NCBI GenBank assembly: GCA_044360985.1
Contig: JBIKJM010000001.1
Coordinates: 1 to 32,528 of the forward strand
DNA: 32,528 nt
Direction of reading: 5' to 3'
Source: Sediminibacterium sp.
Lineage (GTDB): Bacteria; Bacteroidota; Bacteroidia; Chitinophagales; Chitinophagaceae
Position numbers and translations under genes: made by a program
Shown: one piece after another, positions 7,511 through 19,200 of the stretch
Layout of the letters: the number at the start of each line of letters is the position of its first letter
Numbering within the stretch: the first letter of the stretch is position 1
Notes under the pieces: model-generated
What the model saw: the letters and a program-made list of their open reading frames with translations, nothing else
Database searches by the model: none
Told to the model about the DNA's origin: nothing

Positions 7511-9019
7511 TTATTTCCTAATAAATTTTGACCCATTCCATTCCCATCTGATATTGTCTTTTTTTTCTGCAGAAAAAATATCAACCATCCCATTTTTATC
7601 AATATCTTGAACTATCACGTGATAAAATCTGTTCGCTGTATGATTATCTATATAAAGTGTTGTTTTATCGGAATATGTTTTTCCCTTATCCTCTGATTTA
7701 TAAAAAGATATAAAATAAATAGGAGCCCCCCCAATAGAAAGGGAGTAATTACCACTTGGAATTATTTCTTTTATTCCATCTCCATTAATATCTATAAAAT
7801 CTATATTTTGTAAATACCAATCTCCTGACATACTAATAGAAGTTGAATTGCTTAGGTTAAACACTTTACCATTCCCCCACAAAATCCTAAAGTCATTTAT
7901 TCTACTTGCTCCATTTGGGTGAAAATTTAAAACTAAATCTAAAAAACCATCATTATTTATATCCACTAGTTCTGATTGATCAGCAACCGGAATATCTCCA
8001 ATCCCATTAAAATCAATAGTAAAATTGGCCTTCCCATCATTCCACATGATTCTACTTTTAACCCCATTTGCTTGGCTATGAAAATTAAATGTAATAATGT
8101 CTAAATCACCATCATTGTCAATATCTCCTGAACATCCTGTGTACCAAAAGCCTTGATCATTAAACTCTTTTACTAAAGAAAATCCATTTTTTGAATTTAA
8201 CAGAAGATGACAGTTATCATTTAAATAAGGGAACGGAACCCCAATAGGTGGATCTACAGCGACATTTGAAAATATATCAGGTAAAGAATCATTATTAAAA
8301 TCTCCAACTAACAATTTTGTACCATGGGGGTTTTTTATTGAAGAACCTGTGTAATTTGTTTGCTTTAAAACACTTCCATTGTTCATAAATATGGATGGAG
8401 GAGGATTGGGAGTTGGATTAATTTGTAAGTCATAACCTTCAAAGTAAAATAAGTCTTCTAACCCATCTCCATCAATATCTAATTGTACCGATTGCTCATC
8501 GATAAATGGATTATTAACATACTTACTTCCATCAGATTTATACAATTGGGCAGAAGAAAACCAAGTATCATTATTTGATAATTCATACGAAGACTTTAGA
8601 TAATTTTTATAAATCCTGCTTCTGCTGAAGGCATATTTTTGAATAACTGTATTCGTTGATGCTGATTTAGAAGTTAGTGTAATTCTTATATTGTAAGTCG
8701 CCTTTATATTTAAGCCTATTGCTTTAAAATTAATTGATGACTGAGAACTTGATGTATCAATTTTGTATACCGTAAGATTGGTATCGACTCTCTTTATTTC
8801 GATGCTATATAAAATTCCTTGGCTAGGAATTTTAGAATTTATAGCAATAGCAAAATCAAAAGTATCCTTATTTAAGGTATAACTATTAGAAGAAATATCA
8901 GGTGAGATGCTAAATTTAATTGCTTCTTCTTGAAAATCAACATTAGCTGGGGTTTTGATTTCTGTTTTCGTACAAGAATAAATAAATAAAACTCCCGCAA
9001 AAAAAATTACTCTATTCAT
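7511..9019 (-). CDS. Lipoprotein with N-terminal beta domain and FG-GAP/VCBS repeats
   Basis: Lipobox IYSC. Repeats DIDGDGLEDL, GDFNNDSLPDI, GDIDNDGDLDI, DINNDGFLDL, DINGDGIKEI, DIDKNGMVDI. Confidence 0.88.
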   Translation of the reverse strand: MNRVIFFAGVLFIYSCTKTEIKTPANVDFQEEAIKFSISPDISSNSYTLNKDTFDFAIAINSKIPSQGILYSIEIKRVDTNLTVYKIDTSSSQSSINFKAIGLNIKATYNIRITLTSKSASTNTVIQKYAFSRSRIYKNYLKSSYELSNNDTWFSSAQLYKSDGSKYVNNPFIDEQSVQLDIDGDGLEDLFYFEGYDLQINPTPNPPPSIFMNNGSVLKQTNYTGSSIKNPHGTKLLVGDFNNDSLPDIFSNVAVDPPIGVPFPYLNDNCHLLLNSKNGFSLVKEFNDQGFWYTGCSGDIDNDGDLDIITFNFHSQANGVKSRIMWNDGKANFTIDFNGIGDIPVADQSELVDINNDGFLDLVLNFHPNGASRINDFRILWGNGKVFNLSNSTSISMSGDWYLQNIDFIDINGDGIKEIIPSGNYSLSIGGAPIYFISFYKSEDKGKTYSDKTTLYIDNHTANRFYHVIVQDIDKNGMVDIFSAEKKDNIRWEWNGSKFIRK

Positions 9020-9132
9020 AAATTAACTTTTAAAACCCTTTCAGGTGATTTAAAAGTATCATTATTTAATCATATTATTAAATAAATTTATACATCTAGA
9101 CTGACTAAGCTCTATATTAAGAGTAATATTCT

Positions 9133-9155
9133 TTGCCTCCAACCCTTTTTCTTGG
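9133..9155. repeat. 23 bp motif, copy B
   Basis: TTGCCTCCAACCCTTTTTCTTGG; see 3810-3832. Confidence 0.85.
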
Positions 9156-9165
9156 TAATAAATAG

Positions 9166-9200
9166 AAACTTCGAAATCGTATAGAAATCGGAGTTTTTTT
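9166..9200 (+). repeat. Att-like repeat, last partial copy 7 (hairpin only); probable right boundary of the array
   Basis: AAACTTCGAAATCGTATAGAAATCGGAGTTTTTTT; I saw no further copies downstream. Confidence 0.85.
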
Positions 9201-9280
9201 ATTGCCTAAATGCATACTTTCCAGTCATTTGAACCCTATATTAAAGTACCAAAATATACAAGTTTTTCATACTTTTATAT

Positions 9281-10312
9281 ATGTCATCAATCAATTGGAA
9301 CGATTCTTTAAATTTAATCAGTAAACTCACACCAAAAAGAATTTGGAATGGCCTAAAAGTTTTATCCAGTTATTATGCAAGTATCCTATTCAATCGACCT
9401 ATTCAATGGGGCTACCCTGTTTCTATCTCTTTTGAACCCACTACCAGTTGTAATTTAAGATGTCCTGAATGTCCGAGTGGCTTAAGAGCATTCACACGCC
9501 CTACAGGCATGTTAGAGAAAAATTTTTTTAAAGAAACCATTGACGAAATAAATAAAGAACTATTATACCTCATTTTTTATTTCCAAGGGGAACCCTATTT
9601 GAATACTGATTTTCTAGAAATGGTTCAATATGCAAGTAGTAAAGGTATATATACTGCTACTTCAACAAATGCACATTATTTAACAGACGAAAATGCGAAG
9701 AAGACTGTTGAAAGTGGACTTGATAGACTCATTATTTCACTTGATGGTACCACTCAGGACACCTATAAGCAATATCGTATAGGTGGGAACATTGATAAAG
9801 TCTTGGAAGGTGCGAAAAACATAGTGAAATGGAAAAAAGAACTTAAAAGTAAAACCCCATTTGTATTTTTTCAATTTTTAGTAGTCCAACACAACGAACA
9901 TCAAATTGAAGACGTCAAGAAATTAGCAAAAGCAATTGGAGTAGATGAAGTTCGATTAAAAACAGCCCAAGTGTATGACTATGAAAATGATCCTAACCAT
10001 TTGATCCCTAAAAACGAGAAATATAGTCGTTACAAAAAGAATAATGATGGCACATTTAAAGCAAAAAATAAGCTAGCCAATCGTTGCTGGAAAATGCAAC
10101 ATGCCAATGTCATTACTTGGGATGGCTTAGTAGTGCCCTGCTGCTTTGATAAAGATGCATCTCATCAATTAGGGAATTTGAAAACCCAATCTTTCAAAGC
10201 TATTTGGGAAAATAGTAATTATCAGCAATTTAGATCTGAGCTCATGAAGAGCAGAAAAAATATTGATATTTGTGCTAATTGCAGTGAAGGCACTTCAGTT
10301 TGGCAGGATTAA
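9281..10312 (+). CDS. Radical SAM / SPASM(twitch)-domain protein
   Basis: CNLRCPEC (CxxxCxxC), GEPYL, ISLDG, and C-terminal C..ITWDGLVVPCC..LGN...CANC. Confidence 0.93.
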   Translation: MSSINWNDSLNLISKLTPKRIWNGLKVLSSYYASILFNRPIQWGYPVSISFEPTTSCNLRCPECPSGLRAFTRPTGMLEKNFFKETIDEINKELLYLIFYFQGEPYLNTDFLEMVQYASSKGIYTATSTNAHYLTDENAKKTVESGLDRLIISLDGTTQDTYKQYRIGGNIDKVLEGAKNIVKWKKELKSKTPFVFFQFLVVQHNEHQIEDVKKLAKAIGVDEVRLKTAQVYDYENDPNHLIPKNEKYSRYKKNNDGTFKAKNKLANRCWKMQHANVITWDGLVVPCCFDKDASHQLGNLKTQSFKAIWENSNYQQFRSELMKSRKNIDICANCSEGTSVWQD

Positions 10313-10334
10313 TTGTTTCAATGTAGATTAAACC

Positions 10335-12662
10335 TTATTTACAATACTGTGCAATTTGAGCCTCTACCCCAGGATATTTTTTTGCTTTTGCTGCTTGTAA
10401 AGCACTACATCCTGCCGCGTTATTACCCATTGCAATATAGGACATAGCCTTAAAGAATTCAGACTTGCCTGTATTGGCAGATGGTAAGTCAATGGCTCTA
10501 TTAAAATATTGAATGGCTTTTTCGTAGGACTTAGCGGTATAGTAGCAAATACCTATATTTTCAAAATGCGTGTAATTACCAGGCTCTGCTGCACTAGCTT
10601 GTAAATAATAATTTGCAGCTACAGTATACTTGCCTTTCTGAAAAGCTTGTGCACCTAAGGTTGCATAATTAGGTAAACTGCCAGTTGACACTGCAGTACC
10701 GTACAATAAAGATTTTGTTCTCACAAACATGGCACTATCTGCAGGGAATCTTGAAACCGCTGTGTCTAATAAAGCCCTGGTAACTGCTATAGGGGTTTGA
10801 TTGATCTCAATTAAGCCTAAAATGTATTGGTTCCATCCTTCCCCACTATCTCTGTATTTGATGTAGGTCTTAAACGCCTTGGTTGCTTCTGCAGTGTCTT
10901 TCATTTTAGCAGATGCAAAAATCATATTTTTATAATAGCTTGTTGCTCTTGGCCAATTATAGAATGCTTTTTTTGCATAGTAAAAAGTACTATCAAATTT
11001 ACCTTGTGTCGAAAAAATAGCCGTCTTTATAAAGTCATTGTAATGCAAGTATGGATTCACATTGTCACTTTCATTCAAAAGGCGCATGGCTTCGTCATTC
11101 ATCTTATCTCTTAAATAATACCTTGCCACCAATGCTTTAATTGGCAGAGTAGAGGTAGATAAATTAGGGATATCTGGGAATGCATCCTTCACATCTTCTA
11201 ATGCCATTTTGGGATCTTCATTGATCTCTCCCATCACAAATTTTTGAACTTTGAGGGATGTGTAGGTTTGATAGTTCACATAAATTGCACCTACAATCAA
11301 TAATAATGGGATGAGCAAGAATATAGATAATTTAAAATCTTTCTTTTGACTGTTGATATTTGTTCCTATTAAATAAATAGGTAAAAATAACAAAGCGGCA
11401 GACAAAGCAAACATCGTCTGCATGGAAGTTCTTTCTGCAGGGAAATTAAAAAAGGCATCTACAAAATAACATGCGATTGCCATTAACGCAATGGCTATGA
11501 TCAATTTATGCTGATCGTCTTTGGATTGCCTCCAAAATTGAATTGTAGTAATGCCAAGCAATACAAATAAAGCAGCAAAACTCAATCCGCCAATAATCCC
11601 AAGATCTGCAAACATTTCAATATAGTCATTGTGACAATGATAAGGCACAAATAAATCGTTGGTATACTCTTTTTCGTAGGGGATAGACGCTAATTTCCAA
11701 TTACCATACCCTGCCCCTAAAAATGGATGTTTGGTGGTATAATCAATAGCAGCTTTCCATAATTTTATCCTACTATTTTGTTCACTAGCTACATTGATAT
11801 CCCCTACTCTTTTTGTAACAGAACCATAACCGCCCTGGAACCCTTGTATGTCTACCGCTTTAGTCAACATGCCATTGGCAGCAAAAAAAGCAAAAATCAA
11901 AGGCAGGATAAAATAAGATAGCTTAGTTCCAATTACTTTAATGCCCTGTTTTTTATTCAATAAAGTAATGGCAGCAGTAAACATGACAAACAAGACACCT
12001 AAACCCACATAGGTTGACCTTGTATTTAAAATAAATAATGCCATTATCCCTAAGAACAAAACAATGAAGCCTGTAATTTTGCCAATTAATTGATTATGTA
12101 GAATCACAAAAAGTAAGAAAGGAAATTTGATCAACAAACTTGCAGCCATCACATTCTTATTACCATTCTTTCCGGTTAAGCTAATAATATTTGCATCCAA
12201 ATTCATATCCACCATATTCTTAGAGAAGCCTGTGATCACATATACAGCGTCAAAAAATAGTACCACCCCTACTAATATAGCAACCACATTAAAATGCGTT
12301 GTAAGTTCTTTTTTATAAAAAAGAATAGATAAATTGATGAAAATTAAGTAGGTACTCAGTAGCCTAGCCAAACAAACCAAGCTTTCAATGGCATTGATGG
12401 AATAGGTAATGGAAAGTAATGCCCAAATGACTAAAAAGCTATATACAATCGTGAATTTTAACTTTAAAACAGCATCTATTGATAGTTTATACTGTTGTTG
12501 ATTCAATAGAATATAAAGCAAGATCGCAAAGTCAACTACGCTTACATACAACCACTGGGATCCCATGACATCTGCCCCTCCAAAATCAGGGATAAAATGG
12601 ACTATTAAATATAAAAAGGTACAAAACCCAGCACCCCATGTATTCTTTGCTGCCTGACTCAT
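10335..12662 (-). CDS. O-antigen ligase-like (Wzy_C) polytopic membrane protein with C-terminal TPRs
   Basis: Multiple hydrophobic helices; NKN, TRS, SRIKLW, HPFLGAGYGNW, HCHNDYIE..D.GIIG motifs; TPR-like tail (YEKAIQYFNRAI). Confidence 0.88.
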   Translation of the reverse strand: MSQAAKNTWGAGFCTFLYLIVHFIPDFGGADVMGSQWLYVSVVDFAILLYILLNQQQYKLSIDAVLKLKFTIVYSFLVIWALLSITYSINAIESLVCLARLLSTYLIFINLSILFYKKELTTHFNVVAILVGVVLFFDAVYVITGFSKNMVDMNLDANIISLTGKNGNKNVMAASLLIKFPFLLFVILHNQLIGKITGFIVLFLGIMALFILNTRSTYVGLGVLFVMFTAAITLLNKKQGIKVIGTKLSYFILPLIFAFFAANGMLTKAVDIQGFQGGYGSVTKRVGDINVASEQNSRIKLWKAAIDYTTKHPFLGAGYGNWKLASIPYEKEYTNDLFVPYHCHNDYIEMFADLGIIGGLSFAALFVLLGITTIQFWRQSKDDQHKLIIAIALMAIACYFVDAFFNFPAERTSMQTMFALSAALLFLPIYLIGTNINSQKKDFKLSIFLLIPLLLIVGAIYVNYQTYTSLKVQKFVMGEINEDPKMALEDVKDAFPDIPNLSTSTLPIKALVARYYLRDKMNDEAMRLLNESDNVNPYLHYNDFIKTAIFSTQGKFDSTFYYAKKAFYNWPRATSYYKNMIFASAKMKDTAEATKAFKTYIKYRDSGEGWNQYILGLIEINQTPIAVTRALLDTAVSRFPADSAMFVRTKSLLYGTAVSTGSLPNYATLGAQAFQKGKYTVAANYYLQASAAEPGNYTHFENIGICYYTAKSYEKAIQYFNRAIDLPSANTGKSEFFKAMSYIAMGNNAAGCSALQAAKAKKYPGVEAQIAQYCK

Positions 12663-12703
12663 AAATTCATATTCTTAAACCTAAAGATAAGATAATCCTA
12701 CAT

Positions 12704-12741
12704 AAAAAAACCGTCCTAGTAGGATGTACAAGGACGGTTTT
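12704..12741 (-). terminator. Rho-independent terminator
   Basis: Stem AAAACCGTCCT/AGGACGGTTTT with a T tract on the minus strand, just downstream of the lipoprotein stop at 12761. Confidence 0.8.
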
Positions 12742-12760
12742 AAATAAGATAAAAAAGGGG

Positions 12761-13222
12761 CTACTTTGCACTAAGATCAAATTGCCTTGTGGCAAAATTT
12801 CCTGTATTTGAGATAGCGTTTATTTTTACAACAGCATAACAACGAACTCCAGGTTTTAATCCTGTTATTGTAATTGAATTACTAGCTTGATTAGACAAAG
12901 GAATTTCCCTTGTAAAAACAACAGCTGAATTAGGCACTTTAGGAAATACATCTACTACTATTTTAACTCCAGCACTAGGTAATGTGGAACTAATAGCTGC
13001 ATCGATAGTGACAGAAGTTCCTATAACAGGAAAATTGTCAGTATAGTTCACTACTGCACCATCAATCTTAACATCAAATGCGATAGCAGCGTCAGGCTTA
13101 GTGTTGTCCTTTGGTGGCGTAGAAGAACCGCTATCACCCCCTTTACTACATCCAGCAAAAGATAGCACAATAAAACTTAACGCAATAATGGTACTTGTTT
13201 TTACAAATTTAGTTTGTTGCAT
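12761..13222 (-). CDS. Small lipoprotein, beta-sandwich-like
   Basis: Lipobox FAGC and a G/S/P linker; starts 3 nt after the stop of the giant gene. Confidence 0.8.
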   Translation of the reverse strand: MQQTKFVKTSTIIALSFIVLSFAGCSKGGDSGSSTPPKDNTKPDAAIAFDVKIDGAVVNYTDNFPVIGTSVTIDAAISSTLPSAGVKIVVDVFPKVPNSAVVFTREIPLSNQASNSITITGLKPGVRCYAVVKINAISNTGNFATRQFDLSAK

Positions 13223-13225
13223 AAA

Positions 13226-16200
13226 TTATAATTTAACCATTTTAAATTGATGAGCTACTTTAAAATCAGGCGAAGCGATTCTTACAAAGTAAACGCCTGG
13301 GTTTAATTCATTGAATGTTAATCTCGAGCCTGCTGTAACACCTATTCTTGTTGCCATTTTAGCGCCAGTTGCTGCAGAGAATACATCTATATTCAATCTT
13401 TGATGCCCTTTGACAACAAAGTCTATATTCATAAAATTAATGAAAGGATTTGGAGTTAACTTAATAAACTCATCCCAACTTAATCTAATGATATCAGTTA
13501 CTAAGTAATAATAAGGACTACTGAATGCACTAGTACAACCATTAACAGTAGTATTAACTGTATAGCTACCAACTTCAGAAGGTCTAAATGTAGCATTTGT
13601 ATTTGAAATTTTCTCGCCATTTTTATACCAATTTAATTGGATTGTGCTAGAAGAAATTAGATTACCGGCAGTATCTCTAACAATTATTGGTGTAATAGGA
13701 ACAACATTAACTGTTAAATCAATTTTAGCTCTATCACTTTCACATCCACTCAATGAATCAACTTGACTTACATAATATGATGTAACACCTGCATTAGATA
13801 TAGTAGGTGTTGGTGCGATATTAGTAGCAGAACCACCTGTGGCATTTGTACCATACCAACTTAACCTGCTCTTAGCACTTGCTTTAGCAGTAAGTGGCAC
13901 AGCAACTGAATTTGTACACAAAGAAAGCGCTGCTACAACTGGATTTGCTGGTTTAGGATTAATTGCAATATTCATTGGTTTAATAACAGAACAATTATCT
14001 GAATTTGTTGCTTTGATATAATAAATTCCAGATGATGCAATTTTTGTAGGATCCTTGATAACTGTTATTTCATTTACATCATTAAAATAACTTAGATTAA
14101 AGGTGCCTGTACTTCCATTTCTATAATTAACATCGGTTAAATTAATTATACCAGGACTACAAATAGCTGCACTTGAAGTAACTGTCAAATTAGGCTTAGT
14201 TGTACAAGTAGAAATAAATTTAATGATCTTATCGGTGTTGATTCCAAAATCATCAATTGCACTTACTCTTACAGTTAGTGTATCTGCACTATTCAATTTT
14301 CGTTTATTTACAAGTACATTATCTCGAACATAGAAAGAGGCATTATTTAAATCACCAGTTCCAGAAACTAATTTATAAACAAAAGTTGCGCTTGAGCTAT
14401 TGTTTGTATTTGAATAAACTGCCTGTAATCCTGTCGCTAGTAATGATGAATCTATACCAGCATTATATCTAATAAAATCAGTACTTACACTATTCAATAA
14501 TATATTGTCTGCTGATTGTCTAACATAAATATTAAATGTTTTAACAAGATCACTGCCTAATGTGTCAGCACCTTTAATAACCAATTTATATAAAGTGTCG
14601 ATCAATTTAGACTTAAGCGTTAATGTATTTGTCACACTATCAAAAGCAAATATAGGGTTAGTGGCGCCAGTTCCTGTGACTAATGATAATTTATACTTAG
14701 CAGATACTTCTTTTGATATTGCTTTTAATATCACTTTAAAATTTGCAGAATCCCCTTTTCTAAAGTAATAATTAGTAGAGGTTGAATCATTAAATAAGAT
14801 ATCAGAAGGCGGCGAAGCTTCTTTAGTTTCACCTTGTGCAGATAAAGTAAACATTTTACGATCAGAGAAACTTGATCCTGCAAAAGAGGCATCTACAGCT
14901 TGTACAGAATAATAATACTTTCCTGGAGGTAATGCAATTTGCCAACTAGTGTCTTTTCCTACATTACCATCTTGAGGTTTCTTTTGCATTCCAGTTGCTA
15001 AATCAGATTCAACACTCACAACATCGGAGGTTGAATATCCTGTACCAATTGAAAGAGAATAAGTCAAACCCGAACTTGGTGTATTATCGTCTTTCGCTTT
15101 TTTCCAGTTAAATTCTACTAAATAGTTTTTGTCACGTTTTTTAAGTACGCTTAGGTTATTTAGTTCAGGTTTACTTGGAGCTGCATTGGCTATATAAATA
15201 GCTTCGTTTAATTCCTGATCAATCTTTTCAAGGTCATCAGCAAATGATTTCTTTGCACTTATTGACATTGATGTTTTTTGTCCAGTTGAATTGGTTTGAT
15301 TATTTGATGCTGGAAGAACTACTTTAGATGCAGCATTTCTTACATTCTGTAGAATTCTAAATGATTTATACAAATTAGAAGGATACAATGGATCTTTTTC
15401 ACTTCCAACCAACACAAATCCTAGCTGACCATCCCCAGCGATATCGCCCATTGAAGGAGTCAATTTAGAATAATTTCCAAAAGGGAAGGTTGTTAATTCA
15501 TTGAACTGAGTAAACCCTGAGGCTCCCTTAACAGATGTTGCCATTTTTGTTATAAAACCAGAGCCATCTCTATCGCCACTAAAAATGACATCAGGAAATC
15601 CGTCCCCATTATAATCACCCCAAGTTGTTTTAGAGTTTTGAACAGGTTGAAGTCCAGCTGTAGTCACATTAATGAAATTTAAACCATTTTGTTTAGTATA
15701 ATTATTTTGATATATATTAAATATTTCACCTATACCGCTAGCATAGCCAGTCATAGCAACATCCAATAAACCATCATTGTTGAAATCTACTAATTCAACT
15801 TTACCATTTTTAATTTTTGGTAATCTCATACCAGTAAATTTAGTGAATAAATTACTGTTTGTTGCGCTATCAAATACATTGGTATAAATATCAGTAAATC
15901 GAGCAAATCCAACACCTTCATAAGTTGTAATTAAATCAAAAGTTTTGTCTTTATTCAAATCACCGAATGCAAATTGAATATTTTGTGGATCATTTGCATT
16001 AATTAACTGCGTTAAATTATTTGGCAAAGTGGATACTCTGAAGTTGTTAGGGATAGTTTTATTTGTTGTATCCTTAGAAATCTTATAAATACTTACAGTT
16101 CCTACTCCATTCGCTTGAGTGCCCCCGTATATCATATCCATATAACCATCGTTATCAAAATCAGAAAATTCCAATTTCGGCGTTCTTAAAGGTTGTGGGA

Positions 16201-19200
16201 TTGCGAATTTAGAGGTTACATTCGTGAACCTAAAATTATTATTTTGATTTTGATATACCCTAAATGTTGGCGTTGAGCTAAAATTATTAGGGTCTTCTCC
16301 AGCAATTACAATATCAATAAAACCATCTGCGTTGATATCTACACATTTAACTTCAATATTTTTTAAACCAGTCAACCCTTCTAAACCAGTTGTACTAATT
16401 TTTGCAAATTTATTTCTCTGATTTTGATATACACCAGTAGGACCTGAACTAGAAATAGATTGACTACCTAAGTAAATAAAGTCAGATAATCCATCATTAT
16501 TGAAATCTGCCCATGCAAAGGCAGGATTATCAACTGGCTGAATTCTTCTGTCAATCAAGCCACCTTGGTTCACAAACTTCCATGGATAAGATATTGAGAA
16601 GCTTGACTCTTCTGAAAAATCAGAACTTTCAAAATTATTATCAATTGCCATAACAGACCAGAAATATTTACCTGGTAATAATTCTAAATAATATGAATTA
16701 CCACTAATTAATGCCGTATTAGATGTTAAGAGTTTAAACTTTCCATTCACTTTACTAACTGGCACGGACATAATTTCAGATCCGCCAGCAGTTGTACCCA
16801 CTCGAATTTGATAATACAAGCTATTTTGGGAGCTACGATCGTCTATAGGTGGCGTCCAAGATAATTTAATTCTTCCTAAACCAAAATCTGTAATATTTAA
16901 TCCAGTTGGTGGGGATGAAGGTGCTAAATTTTTATTATCACCTTGATTATTAATGAATACGGATAAAGCAGTTACCCCTTTATTTTCTCCAGCAACAAGC
17001 AAATCAACTGTTCCTGTATTATCAAAATCAGCCCATGCAATAGTAGAAGCAGAATATTGAGGCAAAGCAACATTTTTGACGGTATCAAAATTATTGAATC
17101 CGCCCATATTCAAAAGAATCTTAGTTGTAGGCGAATTAAGTTTATTCGTACCAGTATAACCTAAATCCAATAATCCATCATTATTATAATCTGCAAATTT
17201 TACAGAACCTTTGTCAACACTATCAATAACTGATTCTTGTGTGTATATATAATTATTGTAACTATTGGTTGATCTGCTTTCTTTTGTTAAATTTTTAATC
17301 ATCTTCACAATTGGAGTTGCTACAACATTAGACCCTCCATTTTGATTCGTGCCAATCAGGACAATATCCATATCACCATCATTATCAACGTCACCTAAAT
17401 CGAATTTTGCATTTGCTAAATTTAAGCCTTGTACATAATTAGTGCTAAATGAACTAATATAGTTGATTGTATTTTTAGGATCTAATAAAGTATTCACTTT
17501 GATGCCCCCTAAACCAATCGCTGTTGATTGATCTAATTTATTGCTTCCTGCGTAAATCAAATCAAGATCACCATCTAAATCAAAATCTATAAATCTAATA
17601 TCTCCATCACACATAGATGGAATAATTTGACTTGAGTTATCAACTACAAAATTACCTTTACCATCATTATTTAACAAATAAGATCTTGGATTACTTAGAG
17701 AGTCAGCGCCAATAATTACTAAGTCATTAGTTCCATTCGCATCATGATCTCCAAAAGCTATCGTAGAGTTTTTAAGAGCTGGTATTGACATCGGTTCAGT
17801 GATCTCAAAGAATGATTTCCTATTTGTAAATAATTGCACTCTATTTCTACTTGCAGTGGATTGTCCAACAGCCAATAAATCTAGCCAGCCATCATTATTA
17901 ATATCTGCCCACTTTAAATCACCATTTTGCAATGGAAGATTTGTTAATCCAAGATCAGTTAAAACTCCATTTTTATTTTGATAAATAGCCGTAACTGACT
18001 TTCCTTCATCATCTTTTCCCATTGCAGCCAAATCCATTAAACCATCATTATTAAAATCTCCCCATGACAACCTAGCATTTTCAAGACCAGGTAGAATATT
18101 ACTTAAACTTTTAGTCAACACATCTTTAGGTGTAAAAGATAATTGAGTTTCCGCACTTACATACCCATCAGGATTGACTGTTTGAATAGCAATATAATAT
18201 GGTTTTTTTGAACTTACTGCATTGTCTTTAAATGTAAGAGAATCTATATAAGATCCAAATTTCATTCCATCTAATACAATTGGAACTTTTGAATTTGAAG
18301 CTCTATAGTTGTGGAATGTATTTAATTTAGCATTCTTAAAGGTATTAGAAGTATCAATTTTAATATTATAAGTATTGACACTATTTGAAGCTTGATTTAA
18401 TACTTTATCCCATTTCACTTTAATTTCATAACCATTGTTGACTCCTGTTAGATTCTTTGGAGCTAAAAGCGTTGGTGAGGTAATTGATTTAGATGGAGTT
18501 TGAATTAAAGCTCTTAATACTCTAGCTGTATAATATGTATTCTGACTAGAAGCATATTCATTCCAAACCAAATCTTTATAACCATCATTGTTTAAATCTA
18601 ATAATCTGAAATTATATGGATAATTATTGCCTTGACCATCTCGATTGAAAGGATTGTCAAATTTACTTACATCCTTAAATCCATCTAACTGGTTGTTTAA
18701 ATAAATTTGGATAGTTCCAGAATTTGCAAATTGAGCAATATCAGGGAACCCGTCACCATTCACATCAGCAACATCAAATCTTCCATCTTGTAAATTAACT
18801 TTTAATTTATAGTCGATATTGAATGTTGTTAGTCTATTTGTCCTGTTATCGAATTTAAATGTATTGTATGCACTTGAACCACTTGTTCTTGCTATCACAT
18901 AAATTCCATGTTGTAAATTTTTCATTGCACCTATATACAATGAGGTATTATAGTCTAAAGAAACATTTGTATAAAACAATTCATAAGAGCCCATTTTCTT
19001 ATTGGATACAAATACCATTAACGGAGAACCACCAACAGATTGCAAGCCAATCCAATTATTCCAATTCGTAGTAGCAAAGACATCTTTGAGGCCGTCATTA
19101 TTTACATCTATAAATTTAATAAGTTTTAATGTTGCATTAATATTTTGGTAGTTAGTTCCTTCATTTGAAAATTGAGAAGCCCATTTAATCTGCATAGGAG

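Noticed and set aside
235-9200. CRISPR array
   Set aside because: The repeats are up to ~207 bp, the intervals are gene-sized and irregular, and there are no cas genes.
235-9200. Classical integron attC array or shufflon
   Set aside because: I found no RYYYAAC..GTTRRRY-bounded full-length palindrome and no intI, and genes lie in both orientations. The repeats are direct rather than inverted, so inversion is not expected.
9281-10312. RiPP cluster around the radical SAM/SPASM enzyme
   Set aside because: No adjacent precursor peptide, RRE domain or transporter; the gene lies outside the last repeat.
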